A stretch of DNA of 54,268 bases, filler included, from Dirinaria sp. TL-2023a (Eukaryota): assembly GCA_051941275.1 (NCBI GenBank). It is 4 parts of 4 records of this genome, joined end to end, with 100 filler letters (N's around TTAATTAATTAA, not from the genome) between each part and the next. Parts side by side here need not be neighbours in the genome. Positions count along the whole stretch, not along the records: positions 27,201 to 40,685 come from JAVEBF010000680.1; positions 40,786 to 54,268 come from JAVEBF010000681.1; 2 more parts are not named here. The stretch is one strand, 5' to 3'. The translations under genes and the position numbers were made by a program. Below the pieces are notes generated by a model. The model had not been told where the DNA came from. It was given only the letters and a program-made list of their open reading frames with translations, and did not search any database. Every line of letters starts with the position of its first letter. Within the stretch, counting starts at the first letter, position 1. Positions 37,933 through 51,793 of the stretch are shown here, in pieces.

Positions 37933-40001
37933 ATGGAGTCCGACAAAAGAATTCCAGAGTTTTCCGAAAGCGATGGCAAGTATCCTATCACCGAGGACCA
38001 AAAGGTGGTAGATGTCCGTGAGAGTGGAGAGAGTGTTGTGATTGCAGAGGATAGTGGCACAACGCTTCTCAGTCCGTCCGCTGAGCGGGCCTTGACGCGA
38101 AAATTCGATCTTCGCATACTTCCCGTCCTGGCGGTGATGTACCTATTCAACAGCCTCGACAAGTCCAATCTCGGGAACGCAAAGACGTATGGACTTGAGA
38201 AGACCCTGAAATTGAAGAATGACCAATACAACACGATCCTTAGTGTGTTTTTTGTCCCCTACGTCCTGACAGCTCCTTTCCTCGCCATTCTTGGCAAGAA
38301 GTATGGACCCAATAGAGTCCTTCCTCTTATGATGTTGTCTTTCGGTTGTTTCACAATCTTGGTGACCGCAACCAAGAATTTTGGAGGTCTGATGACATTG
38401 CGATGGTTCCTGGGAATGTCGGAAAGCGCTTTCTTTCCACTAGTCATCTATTACCAGACCACGTAAGCCTGCTCCAGCGGTGCTCCCTTTTCGTCACATT
38501 GTCACGTCTTCGCCTAATTGGAGACTCCGCCCTTTAGCTTCTACCGCCGTGGCGAGCTTGCACGGCGCCTTGCCATCTTCTACGCTGCCCAGTCGATCGC
38601 ATCCGCCTTCTCCGGGCTCCTCGCGTACGGGGTCTTTCACATTCACACTGGTGACCTCGCCGATTGGCGCTACCTTTTCGTCATCGAAGGCTGCTGTACC
38701 GTGGTCTTTGCAGTGTTCGCTTTCTTCTACCTCCCTCAATCCGCGTCCACGGCTCGCTTTCTCTCGCAAACCGAGAAAGAACTTGCGTATTACCGCATGC
38801 AGGTCGATAGTAGCAGTATTGTGAACGAGAAATTCAATCTGAAGGACAGCTTCAAGATTTTCAAGCATTGGACAAGTTTCTTGATTTTGGCTATTGAAAT
38901 TTGCCTCGGTGTGCCTTTACAGAGTGTGCAGCTGTTTTTGCCGCAGATTGTGGCGAGGCTGGGGTACAGTGCGGTGAAGACTAACTTATATACGGTAGCC
39001 CCGAATGTGAGTGGGGCGGTGATGCTGCTAATTCTGGCCTTTGCGAGTGATCTGACGAAGTGGAGATTTCCGTTTGTGGTCAGTTCATCTCACTCCATCA
39101 TAGAATTGCGGATCAAGTCTCCAGGGGCTAGAGACTGATTATTACACTAGGCCCTGGGATTCTTGTTCACCTTTTTGGGAATGGTCATATATGCAGGTAT
39201 TGATGTCAAACACCAATTACATGTGGCGTATTTTGCTACCTTCATGATGACATGGTATGTACCCTGTTGGTCCGAATCCTAACCCACCCATCTTTCTTTG
39301 TGATGCTGAATCCACGGTCGCCCTTCTGCCTTGTTTCTTCTGAGCCTTGAACCAGATCTCACAAGTTGCAGGGGCACATCCGCGCCATCCGTTCTCTTGG
39401 ATGTCTGGTACAACAACAACATCGCCCATGAAGGCCGTCGCGTCGTCCTTACATCCTTCGGTGTACCTCTAGCCAATCTCATGGGCGTTGTCTCGTCCAA
39501 CATTTTCCAGAATAAAGACGGTAGGGCCACTCATCTCTCTTCTAACCCAGTACCCCTAGTCAACCTCCATGTCCTTCCACAAGATATTGTTCTACTCATA
39601 TCACCCTCTATCACTCCTTTTACGCCCACTGAATCCCTAGCTTACTTCCCCCAGCGCCCAAATATATCCCCGCCTTAGCCACGACCGCAGCGTTCGGTGC
39701 TACAGGTCTTGTTCTGACCCTGTTGCTCGGAGCATACATGATGCTCGATAACACACGGAGGAACCGAAAATCAGGGAGAAAGATCCAGGCCAAGGATATT
39801 CCAACGGAGAAGCTCAGGGTACGTACAAGATTGTGTTTCCTGTCCCGAATCGTGGTGTCCAGAAAGTTCAGAATTCATTGGATATCAATTGTTGGACGAT
39901 GGAAACTTGTCCTGGCCTACTAGCTCCCAAAGAAATCACGCTGACTCGAGAACTCACAACAGGATGGCCCGAGCGCAGAGGTGTTCAGATGGTTCTACTA
40001 A
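37933..40001 (+). CDS. MFS transporter of the allantoate/nicotinate permease (Dal5/Tna1, ACS) family, 6 exons
   Basis: RKFDLRILP, NSLDKSNLGNAK, RWFLGMSESAFFP, FYRRGELARRLAIFY, WRYLFVIEG, final exon DGPSAEVFRWFY*; five GT-AG introns. Confidence 0.92.
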
Positions 40002-40685
40002 CCCCGACCGAACGAAGTCATTGCATATACTGTTGGGGGTGGTCGCTGAGGTTGCATGATGGGGAGGGGGGAGTCTTAATCTTAATATTCAATCCAAAAA
40101 AAAAAAGCAAATCGTATCGACAGCATCAGTACTAGTAACTCGCTCCTTCACCACAAAATGTTCTGCCAAAAAAAGGTATAAATTCAGCTTCAAAATAATA
40201 AATCATTCCATCATCTAATTTTTATTGCCGAAGATGAGGTATATCTACATGGCTTTTGGATTCACATCTTTCTGTTCGTCTCTATCTTTGCGATTCGATC
40301 CATACACGCACTCACGATCCAAAAAAAGAAAAACTCAAAATTTGAGCTTAGTAAATACCGCAGCGAGAAATCCAGACCCAGAAAAAAAAAAAAAAAAAAA
40401 AAAAAATAAGCCCCATCCCCTACTCCACCTTCCTCTCCCTCAGGGCTTTTGCACCCCACCCTTGCGTCTATACACACGTCGTTCCATCCTTGTCAATTAC
40501 CCTTTATCGCCTTCTTGGCCTCCGCATATACTCACCTTCCTTCAACAGCCGGCTTACTTGTATCTCCCAAGGAGAACCAGCTCGGCTAACAGCGTTTGCA
40601 TAACTCCCCCCCCCGTCGAGAAAGCTACTCAAACCCCAGACCTCAGACCCCAGACTCCAGAGCATGCAGTATCTACATCTACATC

Positions 40686-40785
40686 NNNNNNNNNNNNNNN
40701 NNNNNNNNNNNNNNNNNNNNNNNNNNNNNTTAATTAATTAANNNNNNNNNNNNNNNNNNNNNNNNNNNNNNNNNNNNNNNNNNNN
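40686..40785. other. Artificial contig linker
   Basis: N run - TTAATTAATTAA - N run. Confidence 0.97.
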
Positions 40786-42911
40786 GCCCAAAACTCATCT
40801 TTCACCAGCTAATAATTTCCATCCGAACCTCTTTACTGTACCTCGTCATTTATCTCTGTTGCTTTGACAGAGTGCGTGAGTTTTGAGATAATGACGATTT
40901 CACGAGATGATGATGTGATGAAGCCATGAATGTGCCATCGTTGAATAGGCAAAGCGTTAAAGTAGGTTGAAGATTTTGGGGAGGACTCTTGGGAGATAGA
41001 TTGTATTGATTGATAGATGAATGAAAACAAAGGGGCATAGGAGAGCGGTGTGTGTGGCGACAAAATGAAAAGGGAGGAGAAGGGGGGTGGCAAGTAGAGT
41101 AGGGTGGTGGGTGTGGAGGCAGTAAGACGCCCTACTTCTAATTGTGAAAGAAAGGGCTCGGGTCTTCAAAAATTCCGAGTATATAATCCGAGTCTCCGAC
41201 CTTCACATTCTTTCTGCTCATCATGGTGATTGGGTAAAAGAAAGAAGAAAAAAACCAGATAACCAATCCAAAGTAATAAAGTTCCCATTCTATCTAACAT
41301 CAATCAAGCAATCTCTAAGCAAAACAATCAGAATTTCTATATCCTCGATTCCCTTTTCCCACTCAAATCCCTCCACCCCCCACATCCCCCAGTAATCGAG
41401 AATCTTACAAAAATTATCGCATTCATTGACTCAGTTATTCTTCTCCCTTCTCTGCGCGCGCCATGTTCGCTTTCTATATCTATACCAATCCGCATCCTTT
41501 CTCCCTATTAGGAACGATATATATATACGCTATCAGTACTTGTGCCATGATTCTACAAAGTGGGGCCTAAAATCAAAGTACCGCAATATAATTTGGTTAT
41601 AGAGTCCTCTTCCGAGGCGTGTGTATGTATGCAATACGCTGAGGCAAAATAAATAAGAAAGAAGAAAGAAGAAAAGAGCGTGGAGGTCTATGAAATTTTT
41701 TTTGCAAAGTCTGGATTAGAGGGAGGATAGATGGACATAAATTGCATAAAAAAAAGGATTTGTTTACGTCAAGAAATTTAAACGCTGTAAAGCGTTGATC
41801 AACAAGCGGAAAAGAGAGACGATGAACCAAGGTAGAGATCGAGCAGAAGCGCTTGATAAATTACCTTATTTTCAGATTCCTATCACATAAACTATCCCAA
41901 AACCCACCCTTTTGAAAAACTCATTATCTAATCGAACATCAAAAACCATGTCCGTACCTGAGCTCCAATAACTTCTTATCCAGACGACGAAGTAAACGCA
42001 GACGCGTGAAAACTTGCCGTGCTTAAACAAGGGGTTTTAATCTGTTTTCGTGGAAGATATTTAAGATAAGATAGGGGCCGCTGGGCACACTTTTGTAGGT
42101 AAAATATGTCTCTAGTATACATGTAGATAGGGAAGTGAAGAAGATCTGCGCCGGGAAATGAAATGATAGGGAAGGGGTAATGGAATCTCAGTCTCATAGA
42201 TAATCGGTCGGAAACTGATTTTTTCTTTTATTTTTTTGGATCAACCCTTAATATCGTATGTATTCTCGAGAGAAGCTGCTGTAGATAAAAAGTCGGCTTT
42301 AGTAGTTTCTTTAACGGTGTTCAAAGTACGATTCCCGACCCAAATCTGCATTCATATATATGTGAAGGCACATATGTATGGGAATTAGATGAGCTTCTAA
42401 AACAAATCAGAAAGAGATCGTTTGGAGCCACTTAAGTACCTTATGTTGGATTTGGATATGCAAAAGGAAAGGTAGGTAAAAAAAACTCGAGTTACGTAAT
42501 AATTGAAGGGCGGTGTTTTGGTGAGAATGTGTGAGTGAAAAACACCGATGATTAATAGATCTGAAGGGAAAGAGAGCCTTTCTCTACTCTATCAAAAAAA
42601 ATCGTTTTGATCTGTTGTACCTTTTTCTAATGATTGTTCAAAGGGGCTGCGGCTGGCCCTTTCAACCCCTTTTCTCTAAGATTCGGTGGTCTTCTTCATG
42701 GGAACATAATGCATGGCCGCGCTCCTAAGTGCGATTCCTGGAAGCCAAAGACAGCATTGCTGATAGACACGCCCTTAGCATGGCGAATAGTGTGCCTGGA
42801 CCCTTTTTGGTGCCCGCCCTTCTCTCCATTACTACGGTCTTCAACATCTATTCTCGGCCCCGCCACACGTTCTGCGCAGTCCTTCGTCATCCGATACAAG
42901 GGGTGGAGGCC

Positions 42912-44973
42912 TTATACCTGGCCTGCAGAGACCATTTTCTTGCGAAGATGGTTCTTGTAGCTGCCGATACTGCCGTCCCACCGGCGCACGGTCTTGTTCT
43001 CGCACACCATGATGTCCTTGGCGATTTTGTCGAGTAACCTGTTTTTGCCCCTGTTAGCATACTCAAACACGTGGATGTTTTTTTTTTTCTTTTTCTTTTA
43101 GGTATATATAGATGGATGGACAGGGAATCACTCACCTGAAATCATGCGAAACAACCACCACGCCTCCACTGAACGCATTGATAGCGTCCGCCAAACTATC
43201 GATCGTGGGAATATCGAGTCCGTTGGTCGGTTCGTCCAGGAGTAGCATATTCGGGCCCTCGATCGCCAGCAGCGCAAACACAATCCGGCTCTTCTGCCCT
43301 TCACTCAGCGTCCCCATCAGTGCCGTCTGGCTGTCGCCGCTGAGCCCGTATTTCCCCAGCTGCTGCCGCCAGTACTGGTAGTCTTGGCTCTTGTCGCTGT
43401 ACTTGTCCCGCACGAAGTCGAGCGCGGATTTCGTCAAGTCTAATTGCTCGGCCGAGTGTTGCGAGTAGAGGCCGAGCTTGAGATGCGTGTGTCGATTGAC
43501 GACGCCGCCGGTGGTGGACAGTTTGCCGGTCATGAGGCGCAGGAGAGTGGATTTGCCGACGCCGTTGGGGCCCACGAGCGCCGTGCGAGAGTCCATGTCG
43601 ACGCCTAAATCAAGGTTTTCGTACAGATTGTCTTTCGTCTCGCCGCTGTAGGAAAAGGTCACGTCGTCGAAGGAGAGGACAGGTGGAGGCAATTTTTCCA
43701 CGTCGGCGAAACGGAAGGTGAATATCCGGTCTTGCTGCACGGGCTGGATGAAGCCGTCTGCTTCCATTTTGTCCAGGATCTTCTGCCGCGACTTGGCTTG
43801 TTTCACGAGATTGGCGTATGTACCCGCTGAAGCGATGAATTTCTTGATGTGTTGGATTTCTTCTTGCTGCTTGGCATACGCTTTCATTTGGTTCGTTTCC
43901 TGCTCGCTCCGGGTTTTGATGTAGGTGTCGTAATTACCGCCATAATAGATTAGCTGGCGCATGCGCATGTCAATCATGTTCGTGCAAACGCCGTTCAGGA
44001 AGTCCATGCTGTGGGAAACGAGCACAAGCGTGCGGTCCCATTTCTTAAGGTACTCTTCCAGCCAAACGCAGGCTTCGAGATCTAAGTGGGCGGTCGGGTC
44101 GTCTAGGAGCAAGAGCGAAGGTTTTACGAAGAGAGCTTTGGCGAGGGCGACGCGCATACGCCAACCTCCCGACATATCTTTGGTGCGTTTGTGGATGGTT
44201 TTTTTGTTGAAGCCGAGACCGGTGAGGATGAGAGAGGCGCGGGTTTGGAAGGTCGAGGGGTCCATCGTCTCCATTCGCTGTTTTCCCATCAGCTAGATCT
44301 CGAAGCTGACACAGGAGTAGCTTACCTCGTACAGATCTTCAAGGACTGGATCTTCTGGTCCGTTCTTTTCCAAGATCTCCTCTGCCAGCTTGTCTAATCG
44401 CTCCATCTCGTTCTCTGCTTCCTTCACCACCCATTCTAGCGCACCTAAATCGCTTGGCGGTGCGCCCTCATTCAGAAGGTATATGTCGACATGTTGTGGC
44501 ACGGGATATTCTCGCTTGTCAATCGCTTTCAGCAAAGTCGATTTGCCGCATCCGTTTTCGCCAAGCAAACCATATCTCCGCCCGTAGTTGAGTTCCAGTG
44601 TAGTATCCGTGATCAATACTTTGCCGTGGAAAACCAACGATGCTGAAGTAATTTTCACATCTCGGCTCGATACCAACGATGCCAGCACCCCGGTCGTGAC
44701 TCGATCCGACAAGCCATGCTTGTCCATTTGGTCGGTGAGTTTTTTGACAGCGTGCATCTTTTCATCGGTCGTTGCTGGCTGCTCGTCATCGGGAACCGCA
44801 TTGCCGTCACCATCCAGTAAAGGCGGGGTCTCGTCGCCGTTGACCGAGGAGGCTGACGAGCCATTTTTGGAGGCTGCTTTGGAAGAGAGTTTAGAGGCTG
44901 GTGTCTTCTTCTTGGTATCAACGCCCGCCTCGGCTCGTTTAGCTTGACGAGCCGCCTTTGAAGCAGATACCAT
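42912..44973 (-). CDS. ARB1: ABC-F family ATPase Arb1 (ABCF2); exons 44973-44326, 44277-43136, 43038-42912
   Basis: Two ABC cassettes without membrane domains: [56 protein letters not shown]; linker [10 protein letters not shown]. Confidence 0.95.
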
Positions 44974-45846
44974 GATGGTAGAGAACTAAAGATAGAAGGT
45001 GAGAGAGTCGTCGAAGTACTCTAGGCCGTGGGGGTTGAGGTAGGAAATTTTTGGTGGGGTGTTGAAGGGTTCTAAGCCTTATTGATTTACAACGCTGCCC
45101 GATGAGAGAAAGGCTATCATGCAGGCAAGCAGAAAACAGGAACTTGGAGGACGAGGACTGCGATTATAGTGATACCTCTAGCACCACAAGAGAGAAATTT
45201 TTTAGGTCTTCAGACTGGCTACAAAGTGGACAACATGAATGACACTTTTCGGCGTTTGCAGATCCTCGCTTAAGTTAAGGGCGGTCTTTCGGATATAAAA
45301 GCTTGGCACGGTCCTTGAATTACATCGAGTTGTTGAGCCCAAGGAAGCCCTTTCTTACTTTCGAAAAGACATTTTTTCTTTACTTGTAGGGTTTCGCTAG
45401 TAACCTGGGACAATGCTCCATGCTGATCAGTGCTTGCATGCGAGGGGGACGGTCGTCTCCCAAGACTAAGATTGGAAAACCCTAGATAAACGTCCTATCC
45501 ATGATTTTTTACACGTAGTGGTGCGTCGCCTTGAAGGTTGATTGTTGATAATATATTGGGTTTGTTATCACAAGGTTCTAATATCCAGCGACTTCGGTCT
45601 GCTCATCTGCAGAAGGACGTGTGACCATGTCGCTTCCACCATCGCTTTCCTATAGCAACTCCGTTTTGGCTGGACACCATTGGTACGGATCGCTTTTCAA
45701 CTTTGCAACTTGCCGTCATCGTGTACGAAGACACAGCCCGATATTCAAGCGCAATTTTCGAGATGTCGAGCCGATGCCTTCGCAGACCAGAATGTACACG
45801 ATGAAGACACATGATATTTTTCTTAGCTTGACGTCCCTCGCTCGTC

Positions 45847-46169
45847 TCAATGCCCCTTGCTATGGCCGCCTTCGGCGTGCTCGTGATGCTCATCCTTGAG
45901 GAACAGGTATTCGTAACCGCAGTATACGGCGAATGCGACGGCTGCGGTGCCGAAGCCTGGGAAGGTGCCGCGGAATCGATTAAGTCTGGTGAAGGGACCC
46001 GTGTACCGCCATTGCTCCCTGTGCAGCGAAAGTTTAGTTCCAAACTCGGAAATACCATCTCCTAGGATAGGCGTGTGCACCTTCTTGCCCATGGATCGTT
46101 TGGTGGCGAATTGGAGGATGCTGTGAGCTTCTTGATGTCGAAGCCAGTGAGATTGGGGCGGGGCGCCAT
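45847..46169 (-). CDS. NADH:ubiquinone oxidoreductase B12 subunit (NDUFB3/NB2M); intron 46080-46019
   Basis: Spliced MAPRPNLTGFD...DPWARREQWRYTGPFTRLNRFRGTFPGFGTAAVAFAVYCGYE...HH; DPWxRxExWRY plus one TM helix and His-rich tail. Confidence 0.9.
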
Positions 46170-46618
46170 CCTCTTGCAATCAATTAGAGCACTGCGTTTG
46201 ATTCAAAATCATTTCTTCTTACATGGAGCGTAATTCAATAGCGGATCTCGAATATCACGTCATCGAGCTTGGGATGAGGTGGTTGAGGCTTGACAGGAGC
46301 TCAGAACTCAGAAGCTGTGGAGTCTCAAAAGCCGCACGGAGGAACGTTACTCCGTGAAGCCCGCATCGAGTTTCAACAGTCTCAAGTACTTGGTAGATAC
46401 TAGCAAATAATTCAACGTGGTGAATGTTCAAGTGGTGCCTGAAGCAATCACGTCTAGTGCTCCCTCCCAAGTTTGCTTGGAAAGAATAAACATTCCAAGG
46501 AACTGCTACTAAGGGCCTTCGCTGCAGTCTGGTCACTTTCACCAAATGAGCCGATCCAGGACAAGACCGAGCTCCCAACCAACTAGTACAACATAGCTTC
46601 ATCTCGGAGGTTCACGTT

Positions 46619-48190
46619 ATGCCGCCAGCAGTCAGCCGGTTCGGTCCTCAAGTCCTGTCTGGAGGACCTTTCTCGCATCTACAACAGTCACACCTCCCCC
46701 ACCACAATTCCCAGCATCAACCCCCTGGCTCTGCAGGCCTTCCCCCGCCATCTTTCAATTCACATCAGGGATTTGGCCAGGGAAATCCAAATAACATCAG
46801 TCCTTTCGCAGCTTCGGGCAACACAAATGGTCTAGCCGGGGGTTTTGGTACGGGTGGAGGACTTGGTGCTGGAGGAACTGGCCTTGCCAGTCAGGCTGCC
46901 GTAATGGGGTTTGCGCATGGCGCTGCGCTACAACAACAGCAAGCACGAGACGCCATGAGGCGAAGCAGCGGTGGTCCAGGAGGAGGCAAGCACCAGATGA
47001 AAGGCAGAATAAGAGACGTATGGCGGCACAATTTGGCACAAGAGATGCAGATACTGCGGGCGTTGGTCGAGAAATACCCATATATTAGCATGGTACGATA
47101 GAGCTGGGATGTCGTATTCACCTCTGATTTAACATGATGGCAGGACACCGAATTCCCAGGCATCGTTGCGCGACCAATGGGCCATTTCACCACGAAAGCG
47201 GATTACCACTACCAAACATTGCGCTGCAACGTCGACTTACTCCGCGTCATTCAATTAGGCATCACTTTGTTCTCCGAGGAAGGTGACATGCCGCCCGCTC
47301 ACCCTACAGATCTCCCCGCTATGAATATTCCGTCATACCAAAATACCCTGATGCCATGCCCTTGTACATGGCAGTTCAACTTCCAGTTCTCGGTAGAAGA
47401 AGATATGTATAATCAAGAATCGATCGCTTTCCTGGAAGCCGCCGGCCTTCACCTAGAAGAGAACAAGACAAATGGCATCGACCCGAACGAGTTCGGCGCC
47501 GCCCTGATCAGTTCCGGCTTAGTCTTACTTGAAGATGTACGATGGATCTCATTTCATTCTGGATATGACTTTGGCTATCTCGTCAAACTGATGCTCTGCA
47601 AACCACTGCCCGAGTCGGAAGCCGAGTACCGAAAGCTTTTATCAATATTCTTCCCGTCCATATATGACATCAAATTCATGGTCAAGCACGCCCAACGGAG
47701 TCAAACTGTCAACGATGCTCCACTATCACCTGCCGCATCTAGCATCCTCACAAGCCTAGGCCAGAAGTCGGGCTTACAAGATTTGGCCGAAGAGCTGGCG
47801 ATCAAGCGGGTTGGGTCTGCGCATACGGCGGGCTCGGATAGTCTGCTGACGGGGAAGGTTTTCTGGGAAGTCAAGCGGAGCATCTTCAATGGGAGCATCG
47901 ACGATGAAAAGTACCTAGGCCAAGTGTGGGGGTTGAACGGCGCTGGCTCGTCGCTCACCACGTACGCTACAAACTACAACCACCAGGAAGAGCAAGCTAC
48001 GCCGAACCTTAACGGAGCGACCATCTATCACAACAACAGCAACACGCCCAGTACACCGGACATGCGATATACAGCGCCCGCTATGACGCCCAATCAGCAG
48101 AACCAAGGAAACAACGGCGCCGGCTTGGGCCCCTTAACACCAGGCGGCGGAGGCGGTGTCTTTGGCAACTTTCGATTTCAGAAGGGCTGA
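46619..48190 (+). CDS. CAF1: CCR4-NOT deadenylase subunit Caf1/Pop2 (CNOT7); intron 47093-47143
   Basis: IRDVW, YPYISMDTEFPG, YQTLRCNVDLL, TWQFNF, FHSGYDFGY, HTAGSDSLLT; DEDD residues intact. Confidence 0.96.
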
Positions 48191-48916
48191 GCTCTTTGCT
48201 GTACATAGGCAGCGTGGTCGCGTCAGGTAGCGGAGCGAAGGAGGCTTGTAGCTTTAGGAGGATCTCATACGGTTTGGGGCGCCTTTATCGCTATGGAAGG
48301 TATGGAGGCGTATCGGCAATGGCGGGGCAGAATCAGGTCGAGGGAGAGCATGGTTGTACTTGGCTTCTCCCTTGGCTTCTCCAGTCATCTTGAATAATGT
48401 CAAATTTTTTCATGAATATGGAAGAACACTAGAGGAAAGCATTAATTGACTTAAGAATGATAATGTAAAGTATGAGTACTCGTACATTATTATTCTGAAG
48501 CCGCTGAAGTGTCTCGGTGTGTCTCCTCGGCGGTGGGGTTTCTATCACAGTGGACTAGCCGGATGGGGCATCATTTTCCCGGATGGCTTCAAGAACTTCG
48601 CCTCTTATCGACCGCTTTCACACCAATGTACGTATGAGGGGTAGGATGGCGTGGATGGTAGGAGAACTCCTAGTCTTCGATCTGTCATGTCATTCTTTTT
48701 CCTAAAAGTAGATAAGCATCCTTTTTCGGATGTTTCCCATCTGCTTATAGCTATATTAGCTATGTGCGTGTAGTATATAGCCTGCCATCAATCTCATATT
48801 CATTCAAACTCAGAACCTCATCTCAGAGAATACCCTCGATATTCTGTGCCAGTGGTTTCATTGTTTAACAACTAATATCCAGACAGCAGCTTCCTAATAG
48901 ACGAACATCTCCAAAG

Positions 48917-51121
48917 ATGGTTCTCGACAGAGTCAAACAGGTAGCTCAGCATGTTGCAGGCACCTCGCCCCCTCCGCACCCCTTCGACCCCCTCTCAGCC
49001 GCCGAGATCGAGCATGCGGTGTCCTTGATCCGCCGAGAGCATGGCGCGTTGTATTACAATGCCGTCACACTGTGGGAGCCTCGGAAGGCCGAGATGTTGG
49101 CATGGCTGGCGGATCCTAAACATGTTAAGCGCCCGCATCGGGTTGCTGACGTGGTAGCAATTGAGAAGGCAAGCAAGGTTTACGATGGCTTGGTGGACTT
49201 GAACGAGGGAAAAATCGTCAAATGGGAACATACGGAGGGTGTCCAGCCCTTGGTAAGGATCCACTTTGGAGACAATACCATTCTCATGCTCACGCAGGAT
49301 AGATCACCATGGAAGACCTCCAGATCGTAGAGCATGTTTGTCGGAAAGACCCGAAAGTGATTGAGCAATGTGGGATTATCGGGATTCCAAAAGAGGATAT
49401 GCACAAGGTTTACTGTGACCGTACGTGCCCGTACTCTTATCACCTATGCTGTCCTGATTGGAGATAGCTTGGACGATTGGCTTCGATGAGAGATTCGGCA
49501 ATAAAGTCCGCCTACAGCAAGCTTTGATGTACTATCGGCCGCACGTCGACGATAGCCAGTACACCTTCCCGCTCGATTTCACACCTATCTTCAATGCTTA
49601 TACCCAGGAAATCATCCACATTGACGTGCCTCCGGTACGAAGACCACTAAACCAAGCTCCACCGATCAACTACCATCCAGCCGCAATCGAAGCCGAGGGC
49701 GGATATCGTAAGGATCTGAAGCCAATACATATTACTCAGCCTGAAGGCGTCTCATTCAAAGTTGACGGACGCGTCATTGACTGGCAGAATTGGAAAGTCC
49801 ACGTTGGATTCAATTACCGTGAGGGTTTAGTACTGAATAACATAACCTACAACGATAAAGGAAACGAACGAGGGGTCTTCTACCGCCTGTCTTTGGCCGA
49901 GATGGTTGTGCCATATGGCAACCCTGAACATCCACACCACCGAAAACATGCCTTTGACTTGGGTGAGTACGGCGGCGGATACATGACAAACAGCCTCGCC
50001 CTTGGCTGCGACTGCAAAGGCGCGATTCATTATATGGATGCCAATTTTGTCAACCACGCCGGCAGCGCTCAGACGATCAGAAATGCCATCTGCATCCATG
50101 AAGAAGATGCTGGGATTCTGTTCAAGCATTCGGATTTCCGAGATGACTCTGTAGTCGTCACTCGAGGCCGCAAACTGCTCATATCCCACGTCTTTACGGC
50201 AGCCAATTACGAATACTGCGTCTACTGGATTTTTCACCAGGATGGAACCGTACAGCTTGAAGTCAAGCTCACCGGTATTCTAAACACCTATGCAATGAAC
50301 CCAGGGGAAGACACCCACGGCTGGGGCACAGAAGTATATCCTGGGGTCAACGCGCATAACCATCAACATCTTTTTTGCATGCGCATCGATCCCAACATAG
50401 ACGGGCCGTTGAATACCGTATTCCAAGTAGACGCCACAGCTGGAGCGGGAGAGGTAGGCAGCGCAGAAAACAAGTACGGAAATGCATTCTACGCGCACAA
50501 AACGAAGTATACGACTGCGAAGGAGGCGATGGCAGATTACGATGGAAGCACTAGCCGCTCATGGGAGATGGCTAATACCAACAAGGTGAATGCATACAGC
50601 CATAAGCCTGTCAGCTACAAACTCGTCAGTCGCGAAGTCCCTGCACTTCTCCCTAAGAAAGGGGGGCTAGTGTGGAAGCGTGCAGGTTTCGCAAGGCATG
50701 CAGTGCATGTTACTAGATGTACGTTGCTTCCTCTCCGTTTCGATAGTATTTCTAATCATCGTTCCCAATCATAGACGCCGATGACCAGATTCACCCGGCC
50801 GGTCGGCACGTTCCTCAAACGTCAGGCGAACCGTCCGCTGGGTTACCCGAGTGGATCGAGAAGTCCGGCGCTGAAAGCATCGAAAACACAGACATCGTGC
50901 TCTGGCATACGTTTGGTATCACCCACTTCCCGTCGCCGGAGGATTACCCCGTCATGCCGGCAGAACCAATGACGGTGCTGCTGCGACCTCGAAACTTCTT
51001 CGTGAAGAATCCAGCTCTCGACGTGCCGCCCAGCTATGCATTGACACCTAGCGAGAAAGCAAGTACCCTGAGGAGCTTTAAAGGCACCGACGGTGGGGAC
51101 AAGGCGAGTGTTCAAGTCTGA
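48917..51121 (+). CDS. Copper amine oxidase (TPQ-dependent); exons 48917-49252, 49303-49420, 49468-50718, 50775-51121
   Basis: HPFDPLS, AFDLGEYG, LGCDC, TPQ consensus ANYEY, Cu ligands HNHQH and THFPSPEDYPVMP, LRPRNFF. Confidence 0.96.
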
Positions 51122-51793
51122 GGTTGGCCAGAAAGGGAAAGAAAGCATAAGGTTTTGGCTGTCTATGCTCCCCGTGATAGGCCAAGGCATCTGCGAGCTG
51201 CCATCGTCCCCATCGAGCAAGCTACTCCCCGCAACACAAGGTCGAGAACGATTTCGTATGCGCGTACGTTGGAACTAAGACCATAAAGGCAGGCGTAAGA
51301 AGCCAATATCTTCTGCAGGTGGTTCAGCAGCGTCAGTGAGGGGTCACCCGAGTTCGCGGACTGCAGAGTTTCTGCGGGGTCTTTGCACGTAGCCTCAAGT
51401 ACCTCGTACCCATGCAGTAGTCGTGAACGATGGGCTCGTTAGTTTTGGGCGTCCTAGATAAGAGCTACCGGGTAAAGATGTTCCTTCACCAGGGCCTCTG
51501 TCAAGGCCTCCACCAGGGCCCACACTAGGGCGAGCCGCTATATGAGCGTGCCCATCTCAAATTTGTGAGATGGAATTTCTAGCTCCCAATATACTGACTG
51601 TATGTACTTATCTTACCTACCTGGGATGAATGGTCGAAGTGAGGTTATTATCATTGGTCTGTAGATCGTTATCAAGACTTACTTTACAACGACCTCGGCA
51701 ATTAATATTGTTTGTGCGCTCGCATAACCGACTTTTCTATATACAGTAAGGTGACCTTCCCCGGACCGTCATTCTTCCCGGCCTCAGCATAAA

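Noticed and set aside
40225..42600. Low-complexity ORFs and a poly-A run near the third gap
   Set aside because: AT-rich non-coding sequence with homopolymers; no domain or TE hallmark recognised.
45044..45203. RRPE-like GAAATTTTT motifs upstream of ARB1
   Set aside because: Plausible for a ribosome-biogenesis gene, but a similar motif occurs at 18911 beside unrelated genes, so it is not specific enough.
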